A stretch of 64,000 bases of DNA from Antedon mediterranea (lineage: Eukaryota > Animalia > Echinodermata), in NCBI RefSeq assembly GCF_964355755.1, contig NC_092680.1, positions 15,199,045 through 15,263,044 on the forward strand, written 5' to 3'. Under the pieces are notes generated by a model that was not told where the DNA came from, searched no databases, and was given only the letters and a program-made list of their open reading frames with translations. Position numbers and translations under genes: made by a program. Shown one piece after another: positions 35,122 to 50,500 of this stretch (its first letter is position 1; every line of letters starts with the position of its first letter).

Positions 35122-35578
35122 TACCTGTATATATACAATTATAAATGTAAATATGTATATGTTCGTATGATGTAGTATTGGCAGCAATAGAGAAATTGAA
35201 TTGAATTGAATTGAATAACAATGTGAATTCTCTCCATCTTGGAAGCATTTATTTTTAAAAAGTAAACAAAAATCAGTTTATTTCAATATAACCATTCTAA
35301 AAAAATGTTGGTAGTTAAAATTGAATATTGATTGAACAATTAAAAACATATAATACACAAAAGCTGTATTGAATATTACCTTTCAAGAGACATAAATGCA
35401 AGCATACAAAAAACAAATATTTTATATAATTTGGTTCAATATATAACCACAAACTTATAAGAAAAGAAAAATAAATTAGCACTTAAAATAAAATTGCATC
35501 ATTCCTACTGAGTTGTTCCTTGGTTGTTTTTTTGTCCACAATATTTTGGTTTCCATTTTGGTTATGATTGCACCCTGA

Positions 35579-38500
35579 TCATGACACAGTATTGTACGTT
35601 TCTTTGCCAGCCTGCTTAGCTTGCGCTCTCCCCATGTACTGGTTCTTCTTATTTGTCAGCTGCTCTGTCACTGCTAGTAACTTCTTTAAACTTGGCTAAA
35701 AGAGTTAACAGACAGAAAATGTTTAAAATTTTTCGTTTTTTTTAAATTGCTCCAGTTTTTAAAACAGATATTAGATGATCGAGACCAGAATCAATGAGTT
35801 CTTAAAATCATATTTTAAAATAAGTTTATTTTTCTTTTAATTTGGATCCGTTTCTGCTAAATAACGTTCTTTTAAAATACAGTATTTTAAACCCCGTAGT
35901 CTATTGCTAATCAGAGACAGGCCCAACCTCTATTGAAGTTGTGAGTTACAATCATGGCACCATAAAAAATCAAGATCAAGTAGATGCTTTGACCAAAGCA
36001 GTCCTTTGATCTTATGTCTGGCTGTGACAAATACCAACAGTACTGTACTATGTACATATTCTCAGTATTTGTTAAGGAGCAGGGACTGATCATGTCGCAG
36101 CCACAGATAAACCCTTTGTTCTCCGGAGCTCGGCATTCTGTTAGATTGCCTTCTTTTTGACCAATAAACAACATACATGGTTGCAATGATCTCTGGCATA
36201 CTATTACATATATTTTAATTATTTGACCAATGTTTAAGTACTATACCTGTGATTGACTTAATTTTTGTAAGTCTTTGATGTGGAATACACAGATCTGGTG
36301 AAGAGCAGCTAGCTGACGGGCTAAATCAATGGTGTTGTTATCGGGTGGTGCAGGACATTTCTTTACACTTTGTGCTAACTCGTTTAGAAAATGTACCATA
36401 CGACCTTTGTTAAGGACTATGAAAGGATTTAATGCTTCCATATAAGGTTCCTGGAAATTAATCATTTATTAATTATTAATTAATATTATCTACATTGTGT
36501 TAACTTCAATTGTTCGTTATTTTCATGTTTAATTACATAAATGAATAATTCAGCAATATGGAGCTTTCGATTTGTAATGACCAACAACCAAACTACATTA
36601 TGTTAATTCATTGTGCATATTCATTGATATTGGGATGTGATTCCTCCCCACCACGACACAGTTGTGATGGTTTTTAGGTCTAGACACATTTTTTTACTTG
36701 ACCTATTAGTTGTCGGTCAACATAATTTGAAAGCTCCGTAATAATAAGAAAATATTACCAATAGTGACTAAAATGATAAGCATTGGAGTAAGGTTGTTTT
36801 GTTGCTATCAAGTTCTATATTAGTTGAAATAATAATTTAAGCATTTTAACAACAACTTTCTAAACTTACTTTGTAGTTTGCACCAAACTCCACCTGATTG
36901 GCCAAGTTTTGTATCGCCTTAGCAACTATTGTTAATGTTCGACTTGCCATTGGTGATGGAGCATCTATTGAACCAAAGCAAAAACATGCTTTAAAAAATA
37001 CTTATATAACTCAACATTGTTAATGGCAAACCTCAACTAAATCTTGAATCAAAATTGCTATACAACATTCTCATAATGGACCACTCATTTATCAACATTC
37101 ACTAAGTGAGTGGCCGAGCGGTTAAGACAGTGGAACCGTAATTACGTAGCCATAACACCGGCAAGGGTTCGAGGCTCACTTGCTCCATGGTGCTGGTGGT
37201 AGAACGAGTCTTCTCGGATAAGGACTATAAACCGTAGGTCCAGTGTAAACAAAGCTCATGCGCACTTTAAAGAACCTAGTACATCTTTCGAGACGAGTAG
37301 GGGGTTACCCCGGTGTACTAGTCCACACAAACACAGCCACTGTCACACACAGCCACTGTGCAAATTGGGACTGAACTATTTTAGAGGTGTTTACCACCTG
37401 TTGGTCCAGATCCTTTACTAACTGAGTTAGTGAGAAGTCGAATAAATAAAAAAAAAATAAAAAAAATAAATAAATAAAAAATAAACCGCAAAGAATAAAG
37501 TATAACTTTTGATTTAATTTATTTCGATACCATTCGAGTTAAAATACAGATAAAAAGAACAGCAAACGTAATCATGTATGGTACCAGGGATAGCCATCTA
37601 AATCCCCAAAAAGGATTTACAACATTAGTCTTGAAAGAAATACAACTGGAAATATGTTATACTTACCAGAAACAATGTTAAATAATTTTGGATTTAGGAT
37701 TGCAGGACAAATTAACCTCAGGAAAATAAATCCACTGAAAAATAAAAGAAAATACTTATTTAGTGTTCCTGATACATGTGAATGAATTGGAATTGTTGCA
37801 AGTCATATAGTCTATCTCACCTTACAACCCTAGCATGTACTATTTCATCACTTGGCCATTTTGATTTGACATCGCGTTGCAAACAACCACACAAATACCT
37901 CAATGCTCTGAATAAAAAAAAAAATTAAGGCTGTTGATTTAAAAAAAAAAAAAAAAAAAAAAAACAGTGTGTATTACTAAAACATTCATAGTTATAAAAA
38001 AACTATTTCGAATTATTAAATCAACGTATATAATATGCAATTTTTTAAACTAATGATGATGAGATGGTAAAGAAAACAACCCTTAATAAGATTCTTGGCA
38101 GAACTGTTCAAGCGTGTCTTGACCTTTGATCTGTATTATTTTCTGTTTGCTTGTTTTTTGTTTTTTTTTGCTAAAAGGAATAAAATAAAAAATAAAATAA
38201 ATAAGGAGGTAAGAACATAAGAAATTGATACTTACGGAGGACAGAAGTTTGTTGATTTAAAAATTGATTCTGTGATTTCCGTTAAAAACCCTACAAGATG
38301 TTCAAGATTCACAGATACATCTGCTCCTTTCTCCAACTTTGCTGGATTCAACTGAAATGGATAAAAATGAGAATAAATTTCACCTGAGTATGCTAAACTG
38401 TAGTTATAGTAATATATCTGTCTCTTCATTGTCAAAAAGTCTGCTAGAAAAATGAAATTATTTAGTGTATTATGGTATCATCATTTGAATTATTCAGGCT

Positions 38501-41500
38501 TCATTACAATGTACGGATGATCCTGATATGATTTGATACTGGTCAATATTGCATACTTTTGTCTTTTTTTAATATATACTTTTATTTTGTAATAAAAATA
38601 ATAAATAAAATTGAATTGAATTACCAAGATAGTCCCATGGTTTAAAATGTTGTTAAAATTAAGGAATGGTATTATACTATACAAAAATGTTGTATCTGAA
38701 TTTAGCCTAAGTTAGTGAGGTGGGATTACACAGTATTAAATTATACAGCTTCATTATTTATACATTTCTTTTTTTCATGTTTAAAAAAAAAAAATCCTTT
38801 AAAGGGCAATTAGTCAACCTTAGCTTAGTGTTTTTCAACATTAAAATGTTGTAAACATCGATTAGAATTCATCTGGATTAGTCAGCATGATCTTGATTTA
38901 GTTGCGGTTTTAGTTTAAAGCATTTATACAGGTTATAATAAAGTTTAAGACTAAAGTAGGTTTTAGGAAAATGGTCATAAAGTCTTTTAATTTTTGTATG
39001 TATTTGTGTAAAGCAAATTCATTATTGATGCTTTCTTACCTCACAGGACTGTTTGGCATCCATAATTTTCTTAACAACTTCTCTCAAAGCTCTGTGAATA
39101 AACGATTGGGCAGATGTTCGCATATACCTGTCCATTAATGTTGTCGCTAGTGTGTTGGCCCGAAACAGGGTTGTCTGGCCCTCTGAAAATACAAAAATAA
39201 TACATGGCACAACATTATAGTAACATTACAATATAATGAAAAAGGATTTTAATATATACATATCATTATGTATAAGAAATCTATTCAAAGAAGGCTTCAT
39301 TGGCAAAATTCATTCTTGAGATAAAATGTCACTACTTGTCATCAAATTTAAATTTCATCATGTAGTCGTCCAACTTTACAAGTTTTTCTTTTTATTTGAT
39401 TGTAGAGACAGCAATTTGTATAAAAAAAATGGCCACTATTTTCATACAATAGTGCTGTATCTTCGTAAGAATATAATACAAAACACAATTTGAAACCCAA
39501 TTTTCTGCAGTTTCTCCACTTTTTAAAATGTTATTCTCGATCAAATTCAATTTAATTTTCACTAGTAAATACAATAGATATTTGATCTCATCTCCCCTAA
39601 AGCCCTGTCAAACTTTTTTGACAAAAAAAGTGTGATGTGTCCAAATGTGGTAGTAATATGACATCATCATGTCCATGTATGGGCACATCACATAATTTTG
39701 TCACATATAGTTTGATAGTGTGGACAGAGCTGTACTTGCTTAATATGACATCATCTGACAATATATGACATAATTTTGTCACAAAAAGTTTGATGGTGTG
39801 GACAGAGCTTTACAAATACACTTGTTCATAGACAATCAATGAAATACCTTCATGTTCTATTTCCCTTCTATTTAGTGCTTCTAACAGTCCAATTTCTTGA
39901 CCCTCTCGTCTAAAGATATCTAAAATTACCCCAGCCAGCTGTGGTCTGTCTTTAACACATGCCTCTTCTAGAGCATATATAATGTGATGATCTTCAGCTA
40001 AAATCAGCTATTTGAGAGAAAAGTAAAACTAAATTTAGTTTGCTGTTTTGTACAGTATATATACCTCCCATGCTAAATCACCAGATAATATTATTTATAA
40101 ATTATTTCAGACACACAAAAGCATTTAACATTTAAGTTAACAAGGCCTACAGATAAAAATGGATTCATTTTAAATATTTATTTGATATAACTTTTACCAT
40201 AAATTGTTTTAAAAATTACCTCTTTCAGTCCCTTATATTCTTCAAGTGGCATCAGTAGTTCCTGTACAAACTGAATCTTTGCTCTAATTGAGCCCATCTC
40301 TCCTTTGCTCTGCGATGCAACAGATATAAGTGGGTACCAATCGTCCACAGACTGACCACTTGGTAACTTCTCAAGCAGAACGGTTGTCCGACACACAGGA
40401 ATGGCCTTTGCTTTCTTGCTACCATTACATACATCAATAGTAAATGAATCAATGTCATCTGGAAAATCACTGAGATAAAAACACATACTTTGTTAGGTAC
40501 AGTGAAAGACTGAATAAAAATAGTAAACATTTTTATAAAATAAGTCTACTAAAATATGTTACATATACCGTATATCATCTGGTATAATTCCACCCGCCTA
40601 GAAAACAAAATTGAGCCGACTTTCGGGTGAGACTTTTTCATGAAAAAAATGATTGGTAAGCATTTTTTGTAAAAACTCATCTGAACTTCCTAGAGAAGGG
40701 CCTACATCCAGACAAAAGTCAACACTGGGACTATACCTGGGGATATGGTTGTTTGTGAAATCAGACATAAAGTAGGGGGTGGGATTAGACCTGAAGTGGG
40801 ATTATAGCCGAGGATATACGGTATACATATGGTACATGATTATTTTGTGTTTTCTTGGGAGTGACTAGACTGATTTATGAATCCCTCAGAACATGAATTT
40901 TGCATTGAAAACAAAACTTACAATGCCCCCATATGGTAAATAATCACTTACTCATAAATGAATTCTTCATTCCATATAGGTCTATTGCCCTCTTGTACTT
41001 GAGTTCTAGCCACCTTAACATCATTCAGTGATATCACACAGTAGGGGTGTGGAAGTTGTTTGGCAGGCATTTTATGAGCTTCAAGGACTGTCAATGCAAG
41101 GCTCTTCAGCTGCTTTAGACCAGACTTGTTTGCCGGCCTAGCTACTCTAGAACAGTACGACCTGATAGCTTGTATCCAAGCCTAGAAAAACAATTTATAA
41201 TGTACAACATATAATCATTAATAACAAGCAATAAACATCACTTGTACTCTGCATAATAGTTGCCTTCATTATGTGAAAATAACGCATACAATCAAATATT
41301 GTATTTAACAATAGACTACAACTTGGTATTACTAGATTACAACTAAACACATTAAAACTAAGTGCTTTGAAGTGGTGTTATTTTGGCTATGATAAAAATA
41401 CTCATACTTGGCAGAGTAAAGGCTTTGAACCAGAACCATTGGATTAGTTGAAAATCATAACCCCTAGCCATACTGCCATTAAATTATTTATTGTTACATA

Positions 41501-44500
41501 GTATTATTACATAACTGTATAACTATGTTACTTTTTTTACATACCTGTGTAAGTTCTGTGGTTTCTGCATTCAAAAAGAAATTAGTTACGTCGTTCATAG
41601 CCCGTACAACAATCTGGAAGCAATTAGGGCGCCCAAACAGACTCTCATGTACAGTGTACACTGAACTGTAGCTCAGATCAATCAAGCCCTTTGGCCGTGT
41701 TTTCTAGAAAATGTATGCAAAACAGAATATTTTATATTTTTCTTTTTTATTACAAGCACATCAAACAGCAAGTAAATTCACAAGTTAATTAAGATTGTAT
41801 TGTTCAGATTATTAAAATCCTCTGGATGGTATGATGTACATGATGGGTTTCATTGTTTAAAGTTGATTGGTGGTTTTTTTTTTTTTTACCATATTTAATG
41901 AGGGTGATCCATCCAGCAATTGCTGATCATTAGGGATCAGCAGAGGTTCACAAGACAAACATATACACAAGATGCTCTACATAAACAAAGTCTTATTACA
42001 AGTCTTTGGGAGTGGAGTTGTAATTTTGTCCTTAGTAAAAATCCTGACATGTGACGGGACTTGAACCCAGGACCCTTGAAGTGGTAGCCAAGCATCATAA
42101 CCACCAAGCCACAACTCCACTCCAGTGGTTAGGTTGTAAATCATTTAAGCATATAGGGTACATCATTTGTTTTAACAGTACAGACTCAGACACCCACACA
42201 GAGACACTCACACAGCAGACTGTATGAATACAGGCGTGAAATAATACAGTTGAACACTGTACATTTATCTGAAATACTATACCTTATCATTCTCAAAGAA
42301 GAGTAGATGTTGTTCTTGTGCGTTGAGTATGAAGTAATACTCCTTCCATTTCTTGTGTTTACTGCCTAAAAAAGAAGATAATCTACAAATTAACAAATAG
42401 GTAATGTTATGTGGAGAGGTGTAGCTTAAGCCTTGATTTAAATACACATTAACAAATAGGTAATGTTATGTGTGGAGGTGTAGCTAAAGTCTTGATTTAA
42501 ATACACATTAACAAATAGGTAATGTTATGTGTGGAGGTGTAGCTTGAGTCTTGATTTAAATACACATTAACAAATAGGTAATGTTATTTGTGGAGGTGTA
42601 GCTTTAGCCTTGATTTAAATACACATTAACAAATAGGTAATGTTATTTGTGGAGGTGTAGCTTTAGCCTTGATTTAAATACACATTAACAAATAGGTAAT
42701 GTTATGTGTGGAGGTGTAGCTTGCCTTGGAACATTTTCGCCAGTGTAGCGTAGCAAAAAGCTATACAAAACAACCTTATTGCTACACATTTTGAAAATTG
42801 TGTAGCAAAAAATACAATACAAAACTATGTTTCTCGACTTAAAAATCAGTTTGATTAGCAATATTGCTAAACAAAATTTTTAAATGAAAATTTAAAATAC
42901 ACATTAACAAATAGGTAATGTTATGTGTGGAGGTGTAGCTTAAGTCTTGATTTAAATACACATTAACAAATAGGTAATGTTATGTGTGGAGGTGTAGCTT
43001 TAGCCTTGATTTAAATCCTGTATCATGAGACTAATGCTTGGTTCCCACTAAGCGGCAACTCGTAAATTCGACCAATCACAAGCGATGGATTATTCCATTT
43101 TATTACTGTTGTGTTCAAGTGAGATCCAAGCTTAAAGCTTGGATCTCACTTGGATGCAACGGATGTAGGTTTAACACGAGTAATTTGACCAGTCACAAGC
43201 GATGGATTATTTGAATTGGTTGGTTGGTCAACTCACTTGCGTTGCATGTACGTACTTGGATTGTATCCTAGTGGAAACCAAGCTTAGTGTGATGCAACTA
43301 TTTTCATTTAACTTACTTTTCTTGCTGAGATGTCCCTGCATAACCGATTTATCCCCACTCATGAGATACAGACCGCTACTTCTGCGTTTGCGTATTTCCT
43401 CCATGTTTACATTTGGTCGGTCCTCAGCCTCTTGCATTAGCATTTCCGTCCTCTACAAAAATAAAAACATTTTGTTTAACTGTAAACAAGAGTAAATAAC
43501 TATTCTCTGATATACAGCTCTTTTAAATGTAGTACAGCACAGCAAAACACATCTGCTGAAAAATGTATAGAACTGGTATATTTACACAAAAATAATAATT
43601 TAATCTGAATCAGAATATTATAGGAGTAAATTTTCTTTGTTGTTGATCCAATTCGGTACGATAGGTAAGTACAAAACGACAAGAGGGAAACAACAAAGGC
43701 AGTAAAACACAGCGCCCTCAACAACACTGAGGTGTCCAGGTTGTAACTAACAACAGCCTACTTGAACAAGTATTTTTTCATTTTGTACTATTGTACTCTA
43801 TTGGATTAACGAAAATGTACTCTTATTTGTACTATCCTTCAGGTTTAGTAATATGGTTACTTTTAGTATATAGAGAGCATTTAATTCAGGTTCAGGCTAC
43901 TTTAACTATTAATATATAATTAAAATTCTACCCTTCAGTTTGACTAAATTGCAGTACATTCTAGTAATAACAAATTTATCTCACCATTGGTCTTACAGGC
44001 TCTGTCAAAGTATGACCATCAACAATTTCTTCTTTCATATAATGCTCTACAATTTCATCAAGGCTAAAATATGTAACATAAACATTATGAAAAAAAAAAA
44101 ATAAATACAAAAAAAAAATTAAGATTATCAATTTAAATTTGTAAACAGTAATTTGTAAACTGGAGCTTTATTACTATCAGAGTCCTTTTAAGGGCGCCAT
44201 AGCCATAGTTGAAAATTTAATATGCAACTAATTTGCAGAATGGCTATGTAACATGTAATTGATGTATACTTGAAGGAAGGAAGGATAAAATTACTTGTTT
44301 ATTTTATGTCTTTATTGTATGTATTGTCCAATCAGTAATACCCCTGATACAGGGGCTATTTTGTGAACCAGTTCATCAGGTTAACCCCCTACTGATAATT
44401 GGGTTCCTGTGCACATGGGTAAACTGTGTACACTGGACCAATGATTCATAGTCCTTATCCAAAGACTTGTTCCACTACCAGAACTAGAAGTGAATTGGTC

Positions 44501-47500
44501 TCAAACCCATGCCGATTATTATTGGTCTGCCTTGACCGCTTTGCTGGCCTAAATATAAACCATGCTTAATGTAATACTGTACAGTACCTGTTGTAGTACC
44601 GGCCACCCATCATGTACTGCTCCTGTAACTTCTGAATGCGAAATCTCTGTATAACATCTTGACCACGAAAAGACAGTGAATAATCACCAGGGTTCTTGTC
44701 ACTATTACGAATAATGAAACTCCCAATATCTCCATCTACAGGGATAAAAAAGTACTATGGTTATGGCATGAACCTATATGTCCTTGGTTATTGTAAATCC
44801 CATACTTCAAAGAATGGAATATGTCATTAATTATAATGATAATAATTATCATGATCTTCCCAAAGATAATAATCTTGTATTTAACCTTAAAGAAAAACAT
44901 GAAAAATGAAGATTAAAAAAATAAGATTTTAAATAGGCCATTTTGCAATTTTAACAAAGTTAATCACTTCTGTAGAAAAAAAACCCTGAAAAAATAATGT
45001 TTTCACTTATAAAATGACATTTAAATAAATGGTTAAATTCAACCAAAAACACAGTGGCTGGCAGCTTTTATATAAATATAATTTTTGGTAGAAGTGAATA
45101 ACTATCTAGTATTATGTGACATTAAAATGGCATATTAAAAAATTGTTCTTTAGGACAATGTATATAAATCGAAAGAACAATCAATTTTACATAGCACCAT
45201 TTCTATTACTAGTTAACAACTGTAGGTCATCGGAAATAAAGTGAAATCATAATCACAATAATTAAAAATAATAACTACTACAGTAGTAATGACTATAATG
45301 TTTATGTGTTTAAATTTTAAATGTAAATATGTATAATTATGTTTGTATGATGTAGTACTGTATGTTAAAGCAGATATTAGCCCTTGATGGCATTTGCAGC
45401 AATAAAGCAATTGAATTGAATTGAATTATTGTCAATGCTATTGCAATGGTCTCTATTCTATAATATACATTTTAAACCCAGAGTTACCCTTTAACTAGTT
45501 CTGCAGTGGAATAAGAAATGTAATGTAATATTTATTGCCATCCATAAAAAAAATTAAACAGATAATCCTTTAATTAAGCTCAAGAGCTTGTTTCAGAAGG
45601 GGTCAACATAAAAAAAAATTATACTACTTATTATTTTATTTTAAATATTACCTTTGAGAAGTAACTCAGCTGCTTCTTCCTTTGTAATTCCGCCATGAAA
45701 CCACCTAGCAATATTAATACAAAATCAAAAACACATCACATCTCGTAAATTGCAAATGGTTTAAAACACACAGCAAATAGGAGGGTGGAACACTGGTGCA
45801 AAGAATGAAAATTAATAATTAAGGAGCACAATATAAAAAGGCATAAGAATACAAGCAAAAAACTTTGTTTTCTACTTTCTACTAAATTGTTTATTCGCAT
45901 TTAAAAACTAGAATAATATAAATTCAATCTATCTTAGATTTTCTATGAACAATACAAATTAAACAATAAATAACACAAATGCAATCTCTTTTGATGGAAC
46001 GTCCCAGTAGGAAAATCCCTTTTGAAAATTCCCTTTCAGCCAGCAGTTCAATCGGACGTCCCCGCCATCAGTTTAATCGGACGTCCCCGCCATCAGTTTA
46101 ATCGGACGTCCCAGCCAGAATTAGATGGGACGTCCCAGCCAGAATTAGATGGGACGTCCCAGCCAGAATTAGATGGGACGTCCCAGCCAGAATTAGATGG
46201 GACGTCCCAGCCAGAATTAGATGGGACGTCCCAGCCAGAATTAGATGGGACGTCATAGCCAGAATTAGATGGGACGTCCCAGCCAGAATTAGATGGGACG
46301 TCCCAGCCAGAATTAGATGGGACGTCCCAGCCAGAATTAGATGGGACGTCCCAGCCAGAATTAGATGGGACGTCCCAGCCAGAATTAGATGGGACGTCCC
46401 AGCCAGAATTAGATGGGACGTCCCAGCCAGAACTAGTTGACAATGCAATGTGTCTTGGTCAAATTGTTACATTTCACATTTTTATGTTGATTATTTTAGA
46501 ACACAGTAAGCATGCTTGACATGTGTGGGTGGAAAGCTTTTAGATTTAAAAAAAAAAAGAATAATAATACTACTACTTACTCTTTTCCTTCATGTGGATC
46601 TACATTGGCATCCTGGAAAACAAACAAAACAAATGTATTATTGCATCAATTATTACATATTTATTTAAAATAAATAGCGACCTAATAATCTAAAATTGAA
46701 TAATGAAATACCACCACCAGGGATTAAAAATATTTAGTTATTTATTTTCATCTAATTTTATCTTAAAAAGAGGGGTTTATCAAATAAAAAGATGAAAAGG
46801 AAACCAGTTAGATGAATAATGCATTGTTATTCATATTAATTTAAAAAAAACCAAACAAACAAACTTGAATTGAACCTTGTGTTTGTTAATAATAATAAAT
46901 TAGAAAAGTAAAATAAATGAAAGAGTACTAGTTAATGACCGGATTCTCAAAAATCTATTTTGTTTAATTCTTAAAATTTAAAAGTAAACTTTTATATGTA
47001 GTTAGGTAGTAAGGCACATCAATCAAAATAACCAATTCAAATAAAAAATTGAAATAAAAACAAACTTCAAAAGTCAAAGTAACATATTTTTTATAAAAAT
47101 TACCAAAGTTTTCTTAAATTTTCTGGATATTGTCTGGCTTCTCCACTAAGGAATAAAGACACGTTATTGTACAGTACACAGTTATAGTTAGATTTACAGG
47201 TAACATTGATTTTCCCAATATTGGACTCTATGAAAACCGACACCTATTCTACAAACAGACCTTTCTTGTCGTTCAAAAGTACTTTTTTTTAAACCAATAT
47301 ACCTGAATTCTGGACAAACACACATCAAAACAGCCAAAGGGTCTCAAGTATTGGGAGAGCTAACTCTATCAGAGAAATGCCTTAAACAAATTCTACTACA
47401 AGTTCATGTTAGGATTAAGAAATCTAAAGTGATAGATACTAATGTAAAATTGTAATGTAATCACTGCCCACTCAAAGATTAGAATCCTACACACGCCCCA

Positions 47501-50500
47501 TTCTTTCGCCTTCCCCTCGATAATCTTTTTGTTATCCTACAGTACCCCATAGTTTATTGAATTGACTGTCAAATGTTTTTTCATATAATTTGAACCATAT
47601 GAAGGTCCAAATGGTCTAATGGTATGATTTCTGCATATCAAGCAGGTGATTCCAGGTGTGTATAATTGGGTGTCTATTTCTTATACTCACAGATTTCTCA
47701 GTTTGAAAATAGACCTTGGCCTTTAGCTACTGTTTGATGTTCATACCTTATTGCTAGGCCTACAAAACTAAGTCTATAGCTAGTGTAGGCCTAAAATCAT
47801 CCACGAGAGGACAATCGAAACAAGTAACTTAGATAGTGCATTGTTTTTATCATAAAACGTACATTTAATATAAAGCATGACCTGGTTTAATAATTACTAA
47901 AAAAATATATATATGCAGTTTTACAAACTGTCAACAATTGCTGTGAAAGTGTATTTAATTTTCAGTACTGTATATCACTTTAGAGTTTCTCCTTGCGTAT
48001 TATTAAATATACAAAATGTTTATACTTATATCCTCTCTCTTTAACCTAATTGACATTTCTAGATTCATTCCTGACATTATAAAAGTACATACACATTAAC
48101 ATCACATTTCAAGTAATGTATATGACTCATCAAAATCACAATTATTATCAAGAGTGGTATTGCAACTATTAAAAGATTCAGGTAATTTTTAATAAATTAA
48201 ACATGAGAATAAAATGTTAGTAATTGTTGAATAACACACTCATATTGATTGTGAATTTATTATTATCCTCTTATGAATACAGCTAGTATATCTAACCATG
48301 GAGCTATAAAATTCTAATTTTATAGCTCCATGATCTAACCTATTCCAAACTAATGAACTACAGTACTGTATAGTCAAATATTCATCTCTAAAGCTCTGTC
48401 TATACTATCAAACTTGTTTTTACAAAAAATGTAATGTGCCCATATGGACATGATGATGTCATATCACTACAATATTTAGGTAAACATGTTTAGGCACATC
48501 ACAGTTTGATGATAAGTTGATGATTTCGGGATGCGTTTACTTCAAATAAAATTATAGCCCAATATAATAAACATATAAAATTTGATTGGTTTAGTTTTCT
48601 TTTAATTCGGAGTGAAAACAATTAATAACAGCAATTAATAATAGCATTTAATAATAGCAATTAATAATAGCAAATTTAATCACTACAATAAAGATAAACT
48701 TACTTTACTATGAATAATCGGGTGAACAATAGTGTATTGTCACTTAAGACAAAAGAAGATTCTAACAAAACATCCATTGTATGTAAAACAGTACATGGCA
48801 TGTTTCTGCGGCATATCACCAATATTATACTGTATAAATACCGTAATAATATACGCTGTATATCATTTTTGTGAAATCTGACATAAAGTGGGATTAGACC
48901 TGAAGTGGGATTATACCCGAGGATTATACGGTATTTGAATTTTTTATTATAAATAAGAATTTTTTACAGTACAGAATTGTTAGCCCTGATACTTACCAAG
49001 TATTTAACAAGGTCTTTAACAACTATACCACTCTCACTTGTTCTTTGTGAAGTGACCCATAGCCAACCACCTTCTAACTCATTGTGAACGACAAAGATTT
49101 CTCCTTCAAGAAAACTGTAAAAAAAAAGAAAATATTTTGAAACGAAAGTCAGACAATAATGAGGACAATAATAAACAATTTTATAATAAACAAAATGCTA
49201 TTTTAATATAAAAAAAGTATCCACAATCGAATTAAATGGGAATGGAGCACTGGCTAACCACTGTATTCACATCCAGCAACACAGCCCCCGTGTAATATTA
49301 TCTAAATTAAAAAATAGATTAGACTGCAGCATTTAAACTTTAAAAATGAGTTCAACTATAAAAATGTAAACACAAACAAATTATAATTTTAAAATCATCA
49401 GGTAAGTACTAGTAAATGAAAGATGAATGATATGGAATCAGAAGTGATGCAAAGACTTGAGATTATTGGTCTGTTTGTATTAGTCTTGCTTGTTTTAGGA
49501 TGGGATGCTAAGCTGTTAGTCCTGTGTACATATAAAGTCATGATGAAGTACCACTCCGGGTATATTGATAATGGTAGGCACTACACCAGGGTTTCCATTG
49601 GTTCGTCCACAGAAGACATGATCTAGATTTCTAGTTAATAACTGAGGAATGTACACATTTATTACAATATTTTAACCATGAAATCCTACCTTAACTCGTC
49701 TGTGTCAGGAACTTTGGTGTAGGGGAGTATCGCCATTACCCGTTTCCGATCATCAACAGGCTAAATATGCATTAAAAAAAACCCTTATAAATTATATTAC
49801 AGTAACAAATGCGATATCTCATAACATAATTGACTTGTTGCAAGGGCATATCCAGGACTCTTGAAATGAAGGTGTGCAATGATTGTTAAAAATGCTCACC
49901 ATTGTGTACCGGTGAATAACCCGTTGTTTATATTCATCAGGGAATAATTTCGCCAGTGTAGCATAGCAAAAAGCTATACAAAACAACCTTCTTGTTTCAC
50001 ATTTCTACAATTGTGTAGCAAAAAATACGATAGAAAACTATGTTTCTTTACTCAAAAATCAGTTTGATTAGCAATATTGCTAAACAAAATTTTAAAATGA
50101 AATTTTTCCCTGTTCATACCTCGTTTTAACCCCCCAATTATTGAGAACATGCGGACACTTCTCTATTATTTGTATATGTGTATGTACTGTATCCTCCAGT
50201 ACGTAATCTACGTAATCTATCTAAATGATAATATGAATAATAAACAATCGTGGTTTTACAATTCAATGTGTACCTGTAGGCCTAATAAACTTTTCTGTAA
50301 AAAAAATCAGGATTTGTCTCTGTGAATTAGTAACTTTAAATTAAAATTGTGTCAGATAATGATGATTATTAACTTTACATAACAATTTGTATTTTATGGT
50401 AATGTTGTCTCCCAATAGGAAATCCTTGTATAAAACAAGCTGAATTTTAGAAACATTTTTAAAGTCAATGTTCTTTTAATTACCTCAGGTGGAGCCACTG

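Noticed and set aside
46022-46448. Repetitive ORFs (SQPELDGT)n, (GWDVPSNS)n and (LILAGTSH)n, and a possible CRISPR array
   Set aside because: These are a by-product of a 24-bp minisatellite in a RASA1 intron; there are no spacers and no splice or start support.
47604-47660. tRNA-like sequence ggtccaaatggtctaatggtatgatttctgc
   Set aside because: Only an A-box-like half is present, with no complete B box or acceptor stem; probably a decayed SINE head.
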